From Owenia fusiformis (lineage: Eukaryota): a DNA stretch of 64,000 bases. The stretch lies in assembly GCA_903813345.2 (NCBI GenBank), contig CAIIXF020000001.1:34224001-34288000 (forward strand), read 5' to 3'. The position numbers and the translations under genes are program-made. The notes beneath the pieces were generated by a model. The model was not told the origin of the DNA, ran no database searches, and saw only the letters and a program-made list of their open reading frames with translations. Every line of letters begins with the position of its first letter. Position 1 is the stretch's first letter. Shown here piece after piece: positions 1 through 13,400 of the stretch.

Positions 1-997
1 CCATTTCCACGCATGTTCGGTAATATAACGTATCATAACTTCCGGAAATGAATGCCTTTCGGAAAAATTTTGGGAGGGTCAAGATTGCAGTAAAAAATCC
101 CATTGACGACCATTATAACGTTTCATTTCATAATATATTCATGGGCACAGATCTAGCTCAGCGAAACAGTGCCCAGTGTTCATTGGAGTCTTGTCTAGCT
201 TGCCGTTACAAAATAAGCATACGGTGACCACACCGTTTTTGAGATAACTGAATCTGGAGAGAGCTACCACCGTAAAGCTACCTGATTTAGAAAATTATAC
301 TGCTCTACATCAGGAGGAGTGAGTAGCTCCCATAATTCTTTCATATTCTATCGTATTCGGGGATTCCCCATTACATCATCTCTTGCATCATCTCCAATCA
401 AATTGCAGGATTCGATCACGTGAACAATCATGAGCAATGGTCTCTCAGTGCTGCGCATGCGCAAAGTTGAATTTGAAATCGTGGGAATGGCGTTAACATC
501 AGCTCAACATCATCATTTCAAACCTACGGTAATACTATTGAAGTTACGCGATCCATACTTGTAGAGAATACTCATAAAACTACAGTGAATATTTGGACAT
601 CCATTTCAACGGCAAATTGAGGCCTGTTTATAAAATTTGTTTTCGAACGTGCTAATATGATAGGGCATCTTTGGGAAATCTCCCCCCCCTGGCTCTACAT
701 AGTCTCAAAAATCACTCCGCCATCTATAAAAATTCTGTTTCTAACCAAACTTGTAAATGTTTCCTGATAGATTAGTACTTACCCTATCGAGAATAAACCT
801 TGATTCATTTATCAAACACTAGATGGCGCTGCGACGGGACAGAAAAGGAGAAAAAGCTTTTTTATACAGAAAACCAAATAACCGCTAGTATCCCTACTCC
901 GGACTATATTCGGAATATTTTCACTTCGTTTACATTTCTTGTATAACTGTACTTATTGTTGATCGGACGGAAAGATAAGCTGATGTAGTTACACTAG

Positions 998-1293
998 CAG
1001 GGGCGGATCTGGGAACCAACAAGGGGGGGGGCCCAAATTTCAGGTCCGAAAAAAAACGTCCGCGCTTGCGCGTAAAAAAATTTTTGGGCCCCTTAAAAAC
1101 GCAAAAGTGGGCCCAAATTTTGAAATTTTGAGGCCCATTTTCTTCAAAATTTGGCCTGAATTTAAAAAATAAGGCCTTAAAAGGCCCAGTAATGACCAAA
1201 AAGGCCGACTTTTTGGGGGCCTTAAGGCCTTTTTTGGCCCAAAATTTTTTTTGGGCCCAATTTTTTTTCTGGGCCCACCCTAATCAGCCAGTG
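998..1293. mobile_element. Non-autonomous hAT-like MITE with 5-bp TSD
   Basis: Left end CAGGGGCGGATCT and right end AATCAGCCAGTG form imperfect TIRs. ACTAG lies on both sides (993-997, 1294-1298). The interior is GGGCCC-rich. A partial related copy lies at about 40580-40753. Confidence 0.7.
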
Positions 1294-1429
1294 ACTAGGG
1301 TTCGTTTACTACCATTGGGAAGGCACGTGAGGGTCCCATTCATCAGGTAACACTCATATGTCGAAGTTATGTTCTTATTATTTTTAAAAAGTTAAGTTCT
1401 TGCTATTTTTACCATGAAACCGACTGTAG

Positions 1430-1736
1430 GGATGATCAAACCATCTCCAAACTGAAATCAGATCTGACAGATTCTGAGGTGAGAATATGTTCATTGACAG
1501 CTTCTTGTGAAAAACATCTTAATACGATCATTGATATTACGAATCAACTCAAGGAACGATCTGAAACAATGGAATTATACAAAACAGTGATAAAAACACA
1601 GCAGGAAAAATTGGATCAAATTATAACTAGAGTGGGACCAACTGAATCTTCAACTTCATGGAAACAATTAGGAGAACTTCTGTTTTGGAGAGGAAAGACA
1701 CCAAATCATCACAAAGCTATACTCTTTGATGTTTGA
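1430..1736 (+). other. Short open frame with coiled-coil character (possible exon or TE ORF relic)
   Basis: Frame reads DDQTISKLKSDLTDSEVRICSLTASCEKHLNTIIDITNQLKERSETMELYKTVIKTQQEKLDQII..., heptad-like, and follows a TAG that could be a splice acceptor. No family recognised. Confidence 0.25.
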
Positions 1737-2049
1737 TTTATAGATGTGATATGCCATGATCTACATCTACAAGAGATGTGTATTTAATTCTTCAATTTAT
1801 GCTTATTTACTATTTTATGATCATCTCCATAACTTAACACTTCATTGATGAACTGTATAGATGTGGCCATGGTGCAATCATGACATTCTCACATATTAGT
1901 ATATATTTTATGATACTTATTGCCAATTGACTGTCATGACAATATATATATTGTTAGCGACTAGCCTTTTACCACAATGTGCCAATCAAACCTATTGAGT
2001 AATCAATCTTCATGGTGTATTTGTCTTAAATTGATGTTTATTTATTAGC

Positions 2050-2290
2050 CAGTTATGGTGTTCATTTGACTGCCTATGGTGTTCAAGCCTTATGGTGTTC
2101 ATTTTACTGCCTATGGTGTTCAAGCCTTATGGTGTTCATTTACTGCCTATGGTGTTCAAGCTTTATGGTGAATGAGACTAGCATTTATGGTGTATATTAG
2201 CCTTTAATGGTGTTCATTAGCCCATATGGTGTATATTAGCCTTATATGGTGTGCAATAGCCTATATGGTGTTATATTTTGCCTTACATGT
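2050..2290. repeat. Degenerate short tandem repeat built on TATGGTGTT
   Basis: Repeated GCCTATGGTGTTCA / CCTTATGGTGTTCATTT units of about 17-21 bp. Confidence 0.8.
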
Positions 2291-2574
2291 TGTTAACTAA
2301 GCCTCAAATGATTTTACTTAATATGTTTTTTGGTACTTCAATGGCTTTTCATTTAACTAGTCAACACTTTACACTTTAGAATTATGTTATACCTTGCTTT
2401 ATAATGTTGACCATTGTGGATGCTATTAGAGATTTTACATTTTGGCATGCCATCTCCTGATACCTTGGTGAACTAAGTCATGTGATCATTTATATCCAAT
2501 CAGAATGCATTTCTGCCACAAAGTGATAGCATAGTGCTCCAAAGCTAAACCAAGGTGTAGGAAGGGTTTATATT

Positions 2575-2857
2575 CACACTACCCTACCACGTGACCACAT
2601 TTAAAAATGATACAGGGTACGGTTAAGTTGCAAATGGAGCGGGTATTCTCTATCTTTGTCCATTGGGCTTTTCTGGTAATAATACGTTGCGAACTGCTCG
2701 ATGAATCTATACAATATATAGTAGCTTAGAATATGTGTAAAATCTAGTATACATTCAGAACTATGGAAATAAACAAACGTCCTCCATTTGCAACTTCGCT
2801 GTAGCCTATACTTATTTTAAAGGAATACAGGATACAGTATGGGGGTATAGTAGTGTG
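2575..2857. mobile_element. ~285-bp MITE with CACACTAC termini (copy 1)
   Basis: Starts CACACTAC and ends GTAGTGTG. Flanks ATATT/ATGTT match at 4 of 5 positions. A close inverted copy lies at 63611-63899. Confidence 0.8.
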
Positions 2858-4442
2858 ATGTTATCATATAGAAGGGGTGCACTTTTCTAATTGGCTATGG
2901 TTGACATGCATGTTTGCAAACTTAGTACTTGCATCAAGAGCTCTGACTGGCATCCTAACAAAATAAATTTATACTTCACTGATGCCTGGGTCACATTTGC
3001 TCCGTTTGTTCAATATTGTATTCAATTTTGAACAAAATACTCAATCGGCATGGCGCCGTAGTGAAAATCGGAGCAATCTGCATTACTTGTACACAGTGTA
3101 TATCAATAGCCCATTTTCAGCATAGCAATTTCTAAGAAGGGTTTCCAAAATGCTCCATCATGAAATACCTTGACCCTCTCTTCTTACATGATAGACAAAG
3201 ACATGTTTCTAGATGCGATGTGTACCAGAATGAAAGCTCTGGTTTCTTCCTAACTTGGCAGGAGGGTGCAAAGTACTTTCTTGATCATTAAAAATAAATG
3301 CCATTGTCACAGGAACTCTGCATTTTATGTAAATCCATTGAATATTTATCTGCATGCTCGAAGTTAAGTAAGTTAAGAAGATCAGATTCTTTATAACACT
3401 TGATCCAAATCTATTTGATATTCAAAATCTAAGTTAACCTCTCTTTCTGAAGAACCAACTATCTATCATATTACTCAGATTGGATTAATCAATATTCTCA
3501 TACTCTCTCTAGTTTGTATGAATGAATGACCCTAAACATCATGTGCCCAATATATTACTCTAAATCATACATGCTTTAAAATTTTGAAAAGTTGTCTGAA
3601 ACAAAAATTGTGATCATAAAAAGAGAATGGATTGCTTTCTAAAGCAGTTTTCTCATTTTTTCTATTTTTAGGAATGAATTCAAATTTTCAAAAGCTTCTA
3701 TAATTTCAAATAATATATTTGGCACACTTTCTCAAAAATGCAATAGATGCTGTCTGGTGACCTTTCTAAAAGTCCAACTTTTAACTGTTTTTTTAGTCAC
3801 ATTTAGTCACACTACTATTTATATTTTTTACCAGTGTATATATGAAACAATAAATTTTTTACTATGTGTATTGATAAATATCATGTTTCTCCAGTGCGTA
3901 TGAGAAAATATTATGTACTTTCACTAGTTAGTTAACCAATACTCTGTACGTTCATACACACTGGAGAAAGTATTTGTTCATACAAAATGTGTGTTCATAA
4001 ACAATGGAGTACAATACATGATATTTGTTCATACATACTGGAGAAGGTATATACACAGGCGTGTTGGTTCATATACATGTCCATACTGGCGAAAGAGCGT
4101 AATGTCTCTTCATACACATTATAGATATTGTAGTACATTAAATTCGTTCATACTCACTGGTTTAGGTACATTTTATTCGTTCTGACACATTGATTAATTA
4201 ACAAAATATTGAAAACACGGAAGAGAATGAACAACGTTTTGGTTCATGCACAATGGAGAAAGTACAAATCATTTGCTTATGCATGTTGGAGAATGGACAC
4301 AAAATATTTGTTCATACATGCAGGAGAAAGTACAAAAAATGTGTTCATTGAAAGTGGAGAACCCAGATTATATACTTTCTCCAGTTTGTATGAACAAATT
4401 CATCAATGTGTTTCATGCAACACATTTTAATTTGTAATTTAA

Positions 4443-5150
4443 GGTGCTATGTAAGTTAACAGAAATGACAAAACAAAAAATGTCAGGTTGGACCTCCAGT
4501 CAGTTTAACTAGTTCAACATATTTACATGACCGGGAACACAAGGAAAATGGTCAGAATGACCATAAACATGATGAAATAACCTTTTCAGCCCTCTGAAAA
4601 TGTGACTGAAAAATAGCTAAAAGTAGGTGCTCAGGAAAGGTCAATGAACAGAATCTCTTGATTTTTTCAGAAAATGTGTCTAATATATTGCTCTAAATGA
4701 TACAATCTTTGAAATTTTAAAAATTGTCTGAAACAATAATTGCTGTAGTTAAAAGGAAAATAGATCGATTTTAAATTCATTTAAATTCATTTTTTCATTT
4801 TTTTCTTTTTCTGAGAATGATATGAATTTTTTTCAAATTGTATCATTTAGAGTAATATATTGGACACATTTTCTGAAAAAGTCAAAAAATTCTCTTCAGT
4901 GACCTTTCCTGAGCACCTACTCTTAGCTATTTTTCAGTCACATTTTCAGAGGGCTGAAAAGGTTATTTCATCATGTTTATGGTCATTCTGACCATTTTCC
5001 TTGTGTTCCCGGTCATGTAAATATGTTGAACTAGTTAAACTGACTGGAGGTCCAAACAGAACTCTGTTATCTTGATTCAAAAAATTTTCAAAATCCAGCA
5101 TGGTTTTGACATTTTTTGTTTTGTCATTTCCTGTTAACTTCCATAGCACC
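4443..5150. mobile_element. Kolobok-type palindromic MITE
   Basis: TTAA on both sides (4439-4442, 5151-5154). Termini GGTGCTATG...CATAGCACC. Inverted arms run through most of the element. A homologous internal fragment lies at about 3555-3780. Confidence 0.8.
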
Positions 5151-6199
5151 TTAATTTGTATTTCCAAGTAAGTTTTTTTGGAATTGTGCCTGTTTGTGAA
5201 ATTTAGTCAATAAACTAAGCATAAATGTCTGCAATAATAGAAAAATCAATAGTGTTTTTTGGTTATTTTGGTAAAGCCTTTGGTTTGTAATGGGAAGATT
5301 GTCTTTATCACTAGAACTGCTCTGCATGGGGTCTTTTGCACAATTGATAAATTATATACTATACTAATACATTACTATATAGTTTTGCAATGTCTAGGTT
5401 TGATTCAAGTAACTGGCTCCACTGAGTGTGTATTCAAATGTTGTGCTTATAAAATGTATCGACTCCTATACTACCTTTTGAATGAAAATAAACTCTTCCA
5501 AAAGTGATAGGGCCTTAGTGCACCCATGCCATGGTAAGGTTCTTAAGTTGGCATGCCAAAATGTAAAATCTCTATTAGGGGAGGAATATGCTCATTTTTA
5601 TACAGTTGTGTCACATAATTTTAAATTGCTACAAATCTTTATCCTTTATGTATTTTGTATTTATGACCGATTTCATTTAAGGTGAATGCGGGACGCATTT
5701 AGACGTTGTCCGCGTGGATGTAACATGGCCATTTTCATATTTTTATATTTCTCACTTTTCATATTGATCAGTCCTATATATTTCCCTTATTCTCATTTTA
5801 AAAGGTCCCTAGTTTACTATTGTATCAGTGCCAAATGTTTTAATCCTCTTGTTTGCCATGCCTTACCTTTTCGCTATCTTTTGTTTCAAACCAGTTTTTA
5901 GCTTTTCAGGTTGTATGTTCAATGTTGTTTTGTATTTTGTAACTTCCATATATGAAAACATTCACTCACTTGAGTTTGGGTGTTGGCTCAGCCTTAGTTG
6001 TTGCTTATACATAGACTGTACAGAACATGATTTTTGAAGAATTGAAATAGATAGATTTGTTTTTATCGTATTTTTTTCATTAAGTTATAGTCTATAGCCT
6101 ATGTATTGACAAGGGGTATTTAATATCAAAAGGCAACTGTAAAATACAGTATTCTATTTTGGAATTTCTATAATTCATGCATACACTTATTACATGAAC

Positions 6200-6220
6200 C
6201 ACGGACACTTTAAGTCCGTG
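6200..6220. mobile_element. Palindromic micro-insertion with 7-bp TSD (candidate P-superfamily excision footprint)
   Basis: CATGAAC [CACGGACACTTTAAGTCCGTG] CATGAAC. Confidence 0.7.
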
Positions 6221-6740
6221 CATGAACATTCATTTTTATGTATTTCTATTGAAATCATTACCTTGTTTCGTTTTTCCTTTCTTTCAAAACAAATACCATC
6301 AAACATGTCAAACAAGCCATTCAAACCTTTGTTCAATTTATGTTATTATTCTATATTTTTATAATTATGGTTACCAGTTAAAATACTTTCCCAATGAGTA
6401 TTTACGACCATGATCGGACATGCCGGATACAATGCGAAAAACGTCCATGGCCGTTCACAGAAACACATTATTCGTGTACTACATTCAGTAGACGTATCTT
6501 GCTCAAATCCGACAGCTTTACATAAGTGGGGACCTCGGGGTGAGGAATGCACAGGGGAATGTACAACCCCACCCGAAAATCATCAAAAAGCACGCATGCT
6601 ATATATCACGAGTGAAATCATTCATACCTGATCTGTGAGGTTATACTTGTGAAGGCAGTTCATTAAGACTGGACATGTTGAGTTTACACAATTGTTCACC
6701 TAAAATGTAACGTTATCCTTTCCCGAAAAATGAACAGAAA

Positions 6741-7109
6741 TATTAGCATATTAGAATAGGAGTCAAATATGGCTATTATTAGCCATTTTAAATCATCGTT
6801 TATTGAATAAATGTCTTACTGGGGCATCTAGACCTCAATTTATTCATAGTTTATAATATTTTGAAATGATGTTTATCATGTGGACTTGGTTAGTTTATGT
6901 TTTTGTGAGCAGTCGATTTTGTTAATTCTTGAGAAAGACGTCATATACAATATAAACTAACCAAGTCCACATGATAAACATCATTTCAAAATATTATAAA
7001 CTATGAATAAATTGAGGTCTAGATGCCCCAGTAAGACATTTATTCAATAAACGATGATTTAAAATGGCTAATAATAGCCATATTTGACTCCTATTCTAAT
7101 ATGCTAATA
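6741..7109. repeat. Perfect 158-bp inverted repeat with 53-bp spacer
   Basis: 6741-6898 reads as the exact reverse complement of 6952-7109. No TSD in the flanks. Confidence 0.9.
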
Positions 7110-7301
7110 GTAGTTAAATAGTTAGTTAAATTATGACGCGAAATGACCAATGCCTTTTGTATCATTATTAGAGCACACCAATCTTCAACGGCTTTTTCAA
7201 GCGTAAAACAGACCGTTGACCCTATGTTTTTTTATATCAAAATAAACATGAGAACACCTTTTTTAGAATAAGCAAATAAAAAAATACTACAATCCATTGG
7301 A

Positions 7302-7625
7302 AAGTAGAGGGAGATGTTTGTAGAATGAATCGGGGGATTTTTTTCATGAATTTCGCTTATGTTTTTCATCCAAAAAACATCAATACACTTTAAAACATTT
7401 TGTTTACTTTAAGATTACACCATGTAATCCAAAAATATATTTCTCGTTTTAAAAGATAATCCATGGATTAACACTCAGGTATTTTTATTTTTCAAACTTC
7501 AGAGGGCTGGGAATCAATGATGCTCAACGCTTTTGAATACGATAAATGCTGTTTTAAATAGGTTTTACGTATGCCAATAATTTCTCAAATTATGTAAGCT
7601 GAATGCATTCCTTAAAAATCTAGAA
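7302..7625. repeat. Dispersed ~320-bp repeat (inverted partner at ~10805-11132; third copy at ~38596-38890)
   Basis: GAGGGAGATGTTTGTAGAATGAATCGGGGG...GCTGAATGCATTCC matches the reverse complement of 10805-11132. Confidence 0.8.
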
Positions 7626-8075
7626 TGCCTATCATATAACATTCTTTTGTCTTGGCCACTTAATATGTTTTGTTGCTGTCTGATCATCAAATCAAATTGT
7701 TGTTATTTAAAGATATCAGTCAAATCTGGTGAAACAGCACAACATTAACCTTAATAGCACAAGTACATATTATGTAACTCATCCATAATATGTCATGCAT
7801 CAGGTATTACGGCTTAGGGGATTAACTTTTACACATAAACTGAACTGACAGATGTGTATGCTTACATGTACAACTTCCAGGATTGTAAGAATTCAAAACT
7901 TGTTGATAGCCATATTTTCCTGAATGTGACATCGAGACTTTATGGCATTTATGAGTGGTAAAACATGAAAAAAGCATTTTCATTTAAAATTAGCATGTAT
8001 GATTTGAATTGATGCCAAGAAATGTATTAGTTAACTGTATCCGTTTTACATCCATTGTAGTTGGCTACATTATAA

Positions 8076-8233
8076 GACAAGGCATTCACATGCAAAATGT
8101 CAACACCTGCCATTTGTTACAGACACCAACTGCCAAACACCAACTGCCAAATGATAAACACCAACCACTGAACACCGTCCACAAAAAAGTTTGAGACCAT
8201 AACAATATGTCACCACTTGTGGTGGTGACATAA
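8076..8233 (-). mobile_element. Minimal HINE (Helentron-associated, DINE-1-like) lacking a satellite core
   Basis: Has the same ends as the 56337-58596 element: ACAAGGCATT...AAAATGTCA, a CACCAAC-type microsatellite and the TGTCACCAC/GTGGTGACA hairpin, in an A-rich site. Confidence 0.75.
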
Positions 8234-8509
8234 AAATGATCATGGAAAATTGTATTTTTTTTAAAAAGTAGGAACTTCTGAGAGGTTATTAGAAAATTGG
8301 AAGACAAGGAAGGATTCTGGCTTTAAGATATTAGGGTTATAAATTGCAATGAAACTAAAACAAAACATTCTTTTTCTCAAATATCACAGTGTATATTCAA
8401 ATCACAAATACGATATCATACAATTACAATAATTTATGTCTTATATATAAGTACTGCCTTTCCATCCATAATTGATGTTGATGAAGATTGTGTTTCCAGT
8501 TTGATTTAT

Positions 8510-9888
8510 TAGTCCATGGTATGACTTCCGAATATGAAGGATCCGTAGCACACTATAGCGCAGCAACATTTGAAGCAATATTTATGGAGGTGCATATGTC
8601 TTGATTCTTTTAAAATACCATTTGCTGAAAAAACTTCCGGCTTTCGGGTCGAAAAATGTCTTTCATCACAAGGGGTCCTAAAACGTAAATATTTTGATTC
8701 GAACTTTTATACATTTTATAAGACTCTGACCATTATTCTAAGCATATGAACAAAAAATAGATTATCGTAATGTAAAAATATACTTTAATTTTACTGTGGA
8801 TGTAGGTGTTTAATTAGTATAATTACGCAAGTGTGTTTTTCAGATTTTGTCTGATTTTTTCAAATATGAGCCAAGCAGATTCAACAAAATTGTGTGGAAT
8901 ATTTAGGTAATTTATGATTGGGAATATATTAGTTTTCTTACCATTTAAAACATTTTATTACCAGATGTTTTCCAAATAATCGCAAGGGGTCAAACAACAA
9001 ATTATTGTTCATGTTTTATAGAACATGATACAATAATAAATAGGTAAGATTTATATCAAATTAAATGTTACAGAGGTATTGGAATGTACATATATTCCAA
9101 GGGCATGTCTAATAATCAATTAGAGCTATATGCAATCGAACGCCTCACAATTCTTCCTCGACGTTACTGCTGGCTATCATCAAGTTTTTTATGGTTGCTT
9201 CTTCTTTGACCTTACCGCTGGATATAAGCAGATTTTAGGGAGATAATGATAACTATTTTTCTCAATTATTCAGGATTTCGACCAAGTCTTGGTGTTCTTT
9301 TATAAGCAACTGAGCTATATCTAACTACGAGAAATATAATTTCCAGCTGTAGTCTCAATTAGTCAAGGAAGAGCAATAGGCTCTCCTTTATTTTTAATGT
9401 TCACCGCTGAATAAAAGTCAATATCTCAAAACGTATTGAGACCCATTTTGTGAAAATCTAACATAATTTAAGCATTTGTCATTCTAATATAAAAGTGATT
9501 AATTTCTAGCATTAATCTTATTAATACCTGAGAAGCAATACAAAACGTCGATGCACTGATTACATAATGTTTTGGTATTGATAAGAAAAATAACCTCAAA
9601 CGTATAGCTTAGAAACCTAGATCATATATTTAAAATATTTTTGTATTATTTGCTGTTGCATTGTGTTCTCCAAACTGTGAAAAATTGGGATTTTATTTTT
9701 TGGTAATTTTTCACCTCTGTTGATGACAGGCATAATTCACCCTAAAAGCCGGAAGTATATTAAATGGTTATAATAAAAATTATTAGGGAACATATGTAGG
9801 TATGTTAATGTTAGGTCAAATATCGCTGCGCTATAGTGTGCTACCGTCTCCTTTATTAGACGTCCTAGATATTTCATACCATGGACTA
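8510..9888. mobile_element. Non-autonomous Academ-like DNA transposon
   Basis: TIRs TAGTCCATGGTATGA / TCATACCATGGACTA. 3-bp TSD TAT (8507-8509, 9889-9891). Subterminal inverted motif GTAGCACACTATAGCGCAGC. Confidence 0.75.
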
Positions 9889-10418
9889 TATGAACAACAT
9901 TCATGGTTTTATTTATTATGTTCATTATAATGTACAATGTGATTGATAATAAATTCACACATAGCTAGGTCTGAATATTAAACTCCAGCCAAATAGAGCC
10001 AGCACAATATTTCAACCTTTGCAACCCTTGCAAAAAGATTTTCTTGCAATAAAAATGTGAAAATAATAATTGATAATTATCACATTATTGTTATTATTTC
10101 ATCCACTCATGTTATTTGTCCAGGACTTTTCATTTTTGTGCAGCTACACTCAAGACATCCTTAGTGCAATCATTCTACACCTCATTAAGCCATGGCATTA
10201 AATCCTTTACATGCAATATGTGATGTAAGACAGGTCCAAGGGGGAAAAATCCCATGAAACATATTCCAGACAAGACTTGAAAATACCTTAGGGTACTGGT
10301 AAGCCAATCTGATTTTAAGGTAGATATGTCTCGATATTTTTCACTAATTTTCATGATTATAAATACCGATAATCAATGAAAGGGACAATATTTTCACATT
10401 TGTAATTGTATGTGTATG

Positions 10419-10429
10419 CATGGTCCATG
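10419..10429. mobile_element. Palindromic micro-insertion with 7-bp TSD (candidate footprint)
   Basis: GTGTATG [CATGGTCCATG] GTGTATG. Confidence 0.6.
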
Positions 10430-12248
10430 GTGTATGTTACCATAATTCTTTATATCCACTTAAAATGTCAAAAATATTGCCCAATTTATAATTATCAGAT
10501 AATTTATTCATCACCAAAATTAGTAAAAATTATCAACATGCAGAACTACCTTAAACTGTTAAAGAGTTTAATCTCTCACTCAGTCACAATTATGTCAACC
10601 AAAACTGTACTTGTGTTACATAATATAGGATTATACAGCTTACCATACGTGTGCAATCTATATAGCATCCACACTGACATCTTTACAGAATCATATATAA
10701 TTTTTGAATATAAACTAACTCAACCCAATAAGGCGAGTACTAAAGAATTTACTTACCTGCCATCTAAAAATCTGCTTGGAACTACCATTGGATTCCTCCA
10801 AGAGAATATTCTAGGGATTATGGAATGCATTCAGCTTACATAATTTGAGAAATTATTGGCATACGTAAAACCTATTTAAAACAGCATTTATCGTATTCAA
10901 AAGCGTTGAGCATCAATGATTCCCAGCCCTCTGAAATTTGAAAAATAAAAATACCTGGGTGTTAATCCATGGATTATCTTTGAAAACGAGAAATATATTT
11001 TTGGATTACATGGTGTAATCTTAAAGTAAACAAAATGTTTTAAAGTGTATTGATGTTTTTTGGATGAAAAACATAAGCGAAATTCATGAAAAAAATCCCC
11101 CGATTCATTCTACAAACAACTCCCTCTCCTTTGCGTAATTTTCGATTCAAAACGTGTCAAAATGCGAAAATGAAAAAGATATCTGGTTTTTAATGGAAAC
11201 ACGTTACAAAAATTCACAAATATTGTTGGGGTAGGTGTAACACTTTAAGTGAAAAAAGTAAGAAAAAATGTCCTGAGTGTACCAATATTCGAACCAATGT
11301 AACTATGTATAAAGGAAGTATATCTAGGCTCGAAAAAAATCGTCAATACTCCCTAAATCATCATTTTATCGACTTGCTTTGGAATCAATGGCGCCTCAAA
11401 TGTTCAAATGATGATAACGTCACACCTATTTTCAGAAGCTTCTCATGAAAAAACTAATCCGTTGACCCACCTTTTTTATTACATTTTTCGAATCGCTACA
11501 TCTAGGTCTATAATAAAAACCTAGTTTCGTTGAGATTGAAAATGGTCGATTTTTTCGGAGGTTACACTGGTATATCCTTAACCTGCGATGAAAATTCCTA
11601 TAATACAGGGTGTTCCAAAAGTAACAGGACTGTTGCTGGCATTTTGTCAATTCTGCACTGTCTTCGAATCTTCACAAATTGTACAGTGAATGATTGCAAC
11701 TAAGATTGTAAAGTTTCAGAAAAATGATTAAATGCGGAAAGAGTTATGGTTATTATAGTAACATGACATCACAATATCCGGGACACCTTTTTCATGAAAA
11801 TGTGATATTTAACATTTTTGTATTACTGAAGAAAGTATCTAATTGATGATTTCACGGAGCGGTAGGCAAACTGCGCGCATACTATGCGCGCAGTTTGGAG
11901 CACTGACAAACTGCGCGCCTATTCAAAAATGGCAGACGGGGAGAAACACGACTCCCAAAAGGATAAAAATATTGGAAATACAAGGTCAGTTTTGTTTAGT
12001 GGATTTCACAAACTGCGTGCCTAATATTTACAAACTGCGCGCCTATATTTACAAACTGCGCGCCTAATCTGCAAGCTATGTGCAATGTATTTTCAGAAAA
12101 CGTAAGCGCCACTCCCTAAACCTGTCCCTTTATCAAAAGAAACCAAAAACTCCCCCAATCCTTTACACTAGAACATTTAAATACAGAAGGCTTACATGTA
12201 CCTGATTCCAACAAAGATGTAGATAACAACAGCGCATCTTCAAAACCC

Positions 12249-12800
12249 ATGACACAAGATGTTAGTATCAAACGCACCAATGAAAAAAAACCAAAGGGGC
12301 GATTATTTAAAGGTACCAGTGACTCATTTGAAAAAGTATTAAAAGACTGTGAAAACCTCTTGCCCGATATCGTCTCAAACCTTAAAATAAATAGTAAGCT
12401 TACATTGTGTCAACCCCTTCCTCAATTTCCTTACCCTCATCTTAGCAAAACCAATCCCCCTTGATAACATAGCACTTCTCCTTTTTGATGTGGTCGAATA
12501 TTACGTAGCGAAAATAAACACACGACAAATATATAGTAAAGAAACAATGAATATAGACAATTCCATGGGAAGTTTCTACGATTCATGACAGGTGACAGGG
12601 TGTTGGACCACACATTTTTTGCCGTTTGACTTGAAAAACCATCAGAAACTTCAATGGCCTTGATCTTATAATCCCTGAAAACTGAAGCAAGAAATACTAG
12701 TAATCAAAGAAGCGTTCTCAATGTTGGAGAATGATAAAAAGTATGGCATTAGTGTCGATGGGAAAAAGACTGCATCAGGACTTACAAAAGAGGGTGCGTC
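12249..12800 (+). pseudogene. Frameshifted transposon-protein relic
   Basis: Peptide blocks across shifted frames: LLPDIVSNL, PLDNIALLLFDVVEYY...IYSKET, FHGKFLRFMTG, KYGISVDGKKTASGL. Recalled as resembling invertebrate TE-encoded proteins; family not certain. Confidence 0.5.
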
Positions 12801-12869
12801 ATATACCAGTAGACATAAGATGAACAAATAAAATATAAATATGTTTATCCCATACTTGGACGTGTTACA

Positions 12870-13400
12870 GGTACATAAAGCCAGTTTGTAAAAACTTATA
12901 TTTTCATCAGCGGGCAGATATAGCTTTACGTCCCGCTCCGAGCGGGCAGATATAGTATATCTGCCCGCTACGTCATAACCGTCGCTCGCATATTTGTTCA
13001 TAATTTGTAACGTTCGCGTAATGACTGTAAACGACAATGGAGAAAACACAGACAATCGGGATCTGTTTGATAGCAAGGAGCATCCACTTAATCAATCAAA
13101 AATTCGAAAAAATAAATAATGGGAATATTTGAGAGAACAGGAAAATCCACCCACGGCCAAGAAAACAAAACTGGACATGAATATTCTAAAATATTTCCAC
13201 GATTGAACAATGTGAACCAGATGACCAACATTGGTATGGGATAAACATATTATCCTATAGTCGGTTCAGGATATTGGGATTATCCCTTGGCCAATATAAC
13301 ATATTTTCCTTCGGGACCTGCGGCCCTCGGGCAAATATATTATATTTGCCTTGGGATAATCCCAATATCCTGAACCTCATATAGGATAATCTCTATATAT
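12870..13400 (+). mobile_element. Hairpin-bearing non-autonomous element, possibly Crypton-like
   Basis: Long hairpin at 13249-13390. Relic peptide EQENPPTAKKTKLDMNILKYF (13135-13197) resembles the N-terminus of Crypton/DUF3504 tyrosine-recombinase proteins. No TIR or TSD. Confidence 0.45.

Noticed and set aside
3830..4420. Apparent C2H2 zinc-finger linkers (HTGE) in CATACACACTGGAGAA repeats
   Set aside because: Spacing is about 35-40 bp rather than 84 bp, there are no CxxC pairs in register, and copies occur in both orientations. This is a degenerate DNA repeat.
10745..10810. Candidate second MSP130-like exon at a minus-strand GTAAGT donor
   Set aside because: No frame resembles the expected continuation, and the segment runs into a dispersed repeat.
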